Virus record (IMG/VR): IMGVR_UViG_3300045689_000016
DNA length: 44,586 nucleotides
Reading direction: 5' to 3' (one strand)
Origin: a virus
Part shown: piece after piece, positions 42,283 through 44,586 of the stretch
Layout: each line of letters starts with the position of its first letter
Position numbering within the stretch: position 1 is the stretch's first letter
Notes under the pieces: generated by a model
What the model was told of the DNA's origin: nothing
The model's database searches: none
The model's input: only the letters and a program-made list of their open reading frames with translations
Position numbers and translations under genes: made by a program

Positions 42283-44586
42283 CTATTTTATTTGATAAGT
42301 CATACTACTAATTTCCACATAATTTGAAGCTGTCACACCAATGATTGCTGCAAATCTACCGAAAGTTGTCATTGATAAACGACATCCGTTACCGTTGTCA
42401 GCAGCACCATACCTCATGATAGTAGTTGCTGGGTAGATATTTTCTGGAATTTGAATAAACCATTGTTCTGAACCAGCATTCATTATCCCGGAATTTTTCT
42501 TAAATTGCCCACGGAAAACAATCTCCTTTGTACCATCTAGATTATAAATAATTCTATATTGAGGTGGGTTATCTTCGGCTATTGAATACCCTGTTCTCAA
42601 TGGGAGTGTTATCCATGGTGTTTCTGTGAGGTTTGAAGCAAGTAACTGGCCAACAAAGCCATCATTAGCATTTGATAAAAGAATACCGTCTGGTGTAATC
42701 GCAAAAGCTTTTCTTACAGATGTTCCATCAGGTTGGTAAATAGTACTTGAGATAGCATCTGATGAATATTTCGCAACAAATCTATATGTTTTATCAATAA
42801 AACCAGATATGGTTACTTCTCCATTTTCTATAGTCATTTGTCCACTTGCTTTACTTTGATTGTTATAGATTAATGGAACATCAGTAAAGTAGTTAACAAA
42901 CTTACCTCCAGTAAAAGAACCTCCTGTCACATCTCCTAAAACTGCTGAGATAGCTGCTAAATTATCAGCTTTAATATTAACTGCATAAAAAATAAACAAC
43001 TCCCAAGAAGAACCGTTCCATCGTTTTAGTTGATTAGGGTTCTGACTGGTATCTTGCCACAACATACCGACATATCGTGAAGTTGGTTGCGTGTTCGTTA
43101 CTGTTATTCCTGTTGGGTCTCCTTTAGGTCCAGTATTACCTGTTGCACCTTTATCTCCCGTCAATCCTTTATCTCCTTTAGGTCCCTGACTACCAGTTGC
43201 TCCAGTGCTACCTGTTTCACCCTTAGGACCTTGCGGACCAATAGAACCATTAACCCCGTTTTGACCCTGTTTATTTTTAACAACAATAACTTGTTTATCA
43301 ATCTGAACACCTTTGTAAGTCGCTCTATAAATTGCCATTGCAGTATCTATTGTAATACTGGTTATCGTATAACGTCCGCTAGCATTGATTGAGCTAGACA
43401 TTCCTGTTTCAGATACTTTTGTATAAGTGACACCACTAGCTAATTTACTTTGTCCCTCAAATACCACAAAATCTCCATAAGCTTTGGAGTAATCTGACAC
43501 TACTCCTGTTGGTGTAGCTGATAGGATGATAGACTCGTTTGTTAATAAACCACTGATAACTTCCGTTGCATCTTTTCCGGGAGAACCGTCTTTACCTGGT
43601 ATTCCTTGAGCTCCATTAATTCCATCTTTTCCTTTTTCTCCAGGTACTCCTTGTTCACCTTTTTGTCCATCTTTGCCTGGCAAACCATTTTCTCCATCTT
43701 TACCATCAATCGATACATAGCTGATACTATAGGCATGATTGATAGTCCCTTTTGACATAGTTGTACTTGTTCGAGTCCACAAGTACTTACCTTCAGGAAC
43801 AACGGGTATTTCAACAGACCAATTAATCGGCACAGTGACATTATCATTACCAACTGAATAGGTAATTTCAGTCGATACCACATAATCAATATCTTTCTTA
43901 ATATCAGCTATGATTTTGTCTAGTTCACTCATGTTACTCTCTAAATCAATAAAGTTACTGAATTTATATTCGTTTCTAGATGAATCATCATCATTAAATT
44001 TGTATTCAGTTACTCTTGCTGAAATCATGATAGGTGGTTTCATATCAAGTGCGACAATTTGAATATTATCTCCTATGCCGCAAGTGATATAACCTTTAGC
44101 TTCATAATCAATAATCGCATGGTCAATTTTCTTCAATCTAATTAACGCTTCTCTCCACAACGCATCCTGTGTTTTAGCTTGACTAGAATAGTCACGAACG
44201 ATGTAACCATCAAACTCTCCATTTGCTTTATTAGGTAGGTCTACAAAGAAATTCTGATGACCTTTAACACTGAATATTTCAATCCTATCTTTTGGCGAGT
44301 AGTAAAGGATATTACCATCACCATCTTTTTCTTCGTAGTATTTACCTTTTAGAGTGAGAGCCACTTCGTTTGTTTCTTCACCTTTTGGACGTAAAGCTGT
44401 ACCTAATTCAGATATGCTACCTTTACGTTCTAACTCTTCTAAATTATCAATTTCAGATGTTAAAAGTTCTTGTGGTTCAATAGCCCCCAAGTGCTTATAA
44501 ACGTTTAGCACTATCTTTTTAGGACGAACTCCATCAAATTCGACTTCTAATTGTGCATCAGCATTATCAAATCCGTTTAATACAAA
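42283..44586 (-). CDS. C-terminal 725 codons, plus the duplicated overlap, of the tail-tip / receptor-binding protein with two collagen-like Gly-X-Y blocks
   Basis: The ORF is open to the window end and continues in phase at 1..571. The Gly-X-Y runs and a C-terminal globular region are typical of receptor-binding fibres. Confidence 0.85.
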   Translation of the reverse strand, partial: FVLNGFDNADAQLEVEFDGVRPKKIVLNVYKHLGAIEPQELLTSEIDNLEELERKGSISELGTALRPKGEETNEVALTLKGKYYEEKDGDGNILYYSPKDRIEIFSVKGHQNFFVDLPNKANGEFDGYIVRDYSSQAKTQDALWREALIRLKKIDHAIIDYEAKGYITCGIGDNIQIVALDMKPPIMISARVTEYKFNDDDSSRNEYKFSNFIDLESNMSELDKIIADIKKDIDYVVSTEITYSVGNDNVTVPINWSVEIPVVPEGKYLWTRTSTTMSKGTINHAYSISYVSIDGKDGENGLPGKDGQKGEQGVPGEKGKDGINGAQGIPGKDGSPGKDATEVISGLLTNESIILSATPTGVVSDYSKAYGDFVVFEGQSKLASGVTYTKVSETGMSSSINASGRYTITSITIDTAMAIYRATYKGVQIDKQVIVVKNKQGQNGVNGSIGPQGPKGETGSTGATGSQGPKGDKGLTGDKGATGNTGPKGDPTGITVTNTQPTSRYVGMLWQDTSQNPNQLKRWNGSSWELFIFYAVNIKADNLAAISAVLGDVTGGSFTGGKFVNYFTDVPLIYNNQSKASGQMTIENGEVTISGFIDKTYRFVAKYSSDAISSTIYQPDGTSVRKAFAITPDGILLSNANDGFVGQLLASNLTETPWITLPLRTGYSIAEDNPPQYRIIYNLDGTKEIVFRGQFKKNSGIMNAGSEQWFIQIPENIYPATTIMRYGAADNGNGCRLSMTTFGRFAAIIGVTASNYVEISSMTYQIK
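43111..43266 (-). repeat. Collagen-like Gly-X-Y block 2 (about 17 triplets)
   Basis: GQNGVNGSIGPQGPKGETGSTGATGSQGPKGDKGLTGDKGATGNTGPKGDPTG. Confidence 0.9.
43570..43704 (-). repeat. Collagen-like Gly-X-Y block 1 (15 triplets)
   Basis: GKDGENGLPGKDGQKGEQGVPGEKGKDGINGAQGIPGKDGSPGKD. Confidence 0.9.
44460..44586. repeat. Terminal overlap copy B (identical to 1..127)
   Basis: Direct string comparison. Confidence 0.95.

Noticed and set aside
43087-43889. ORFs 43087..43392 (+) and 43542..43889 (-) overlapping the collagen-like blocks
   Set aside because: Alternative frames stay open only because of the GGN-NNN-NNN triplet periodicity. They are nested in the tail-tip gene, in the wrong frame or on the wrong strand.

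Overview
The window is a complete, circularly closed genome of about 44,459 bp. Bases 1..127 are identical to 44460..44586. It belongs to a temperate siphovirus-type phage or prophage of a low-GC Gram-positive host (Lactobacillales or Bacillales-like codon usage and strong AAGGAGG ribosome-binding sites). Most genes are on the minus strand.

Minus-strand gene order:
- early genes, running from the switch at about 32.4 kb down to about 29.5 kb
- recombination module: Rad50/SbcC-like ATPase, RecT, MBL-fold protein
- replication module: DnaD-like organizer with internal iterons, DnaC-like loader, RusA
- regulators
- an AT-rich moron island (16.9-19.1 kb)
- packaging module: frameshifted HNH, inserted NUMOD4/HNH homing endonuclease, putative cos, P27-type TerS, TerL
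- HK97-like head module: portal, ClpP-type protease, capsid
- head-tail joining genes and major tail protein
- tail chaperone with a -1 frameshift site
- 1489-aa tape measure protein, Dit, and a roughly 915-aa collagen-repeat tail-tip protein that crosses the circular junction
- holin, amidase endolysin, and a second lysin block

Plus-strand genes are probably expressed in the lysogen: XRE repressor, ImmA/IrrE protease, Ltp-like lipoprotein, tyrosine integrase next to a repeat-rich attP, a DUF4145 protein, a self-promoted tRNA-like gene, three tiny membrane proteins, and two orphans.

Most notable accessory content:
- a promoter-to-terminator three-gene cassette (36.4-37.9 kb) that looks like a toxin-antitoxin-chaperone (HigB/HigA/SecB-like) system or an uncharacterised defence module
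- a RinA-like regulator followed by two extra peptidoglycan hydrolases that share a binding domain
- a structured non-coding region at 19.2-19.3 kb
- a membrane-protein moron wedged between terL and the portal gene

All functional calls rest on motif recognition by eye. No database search was possible.
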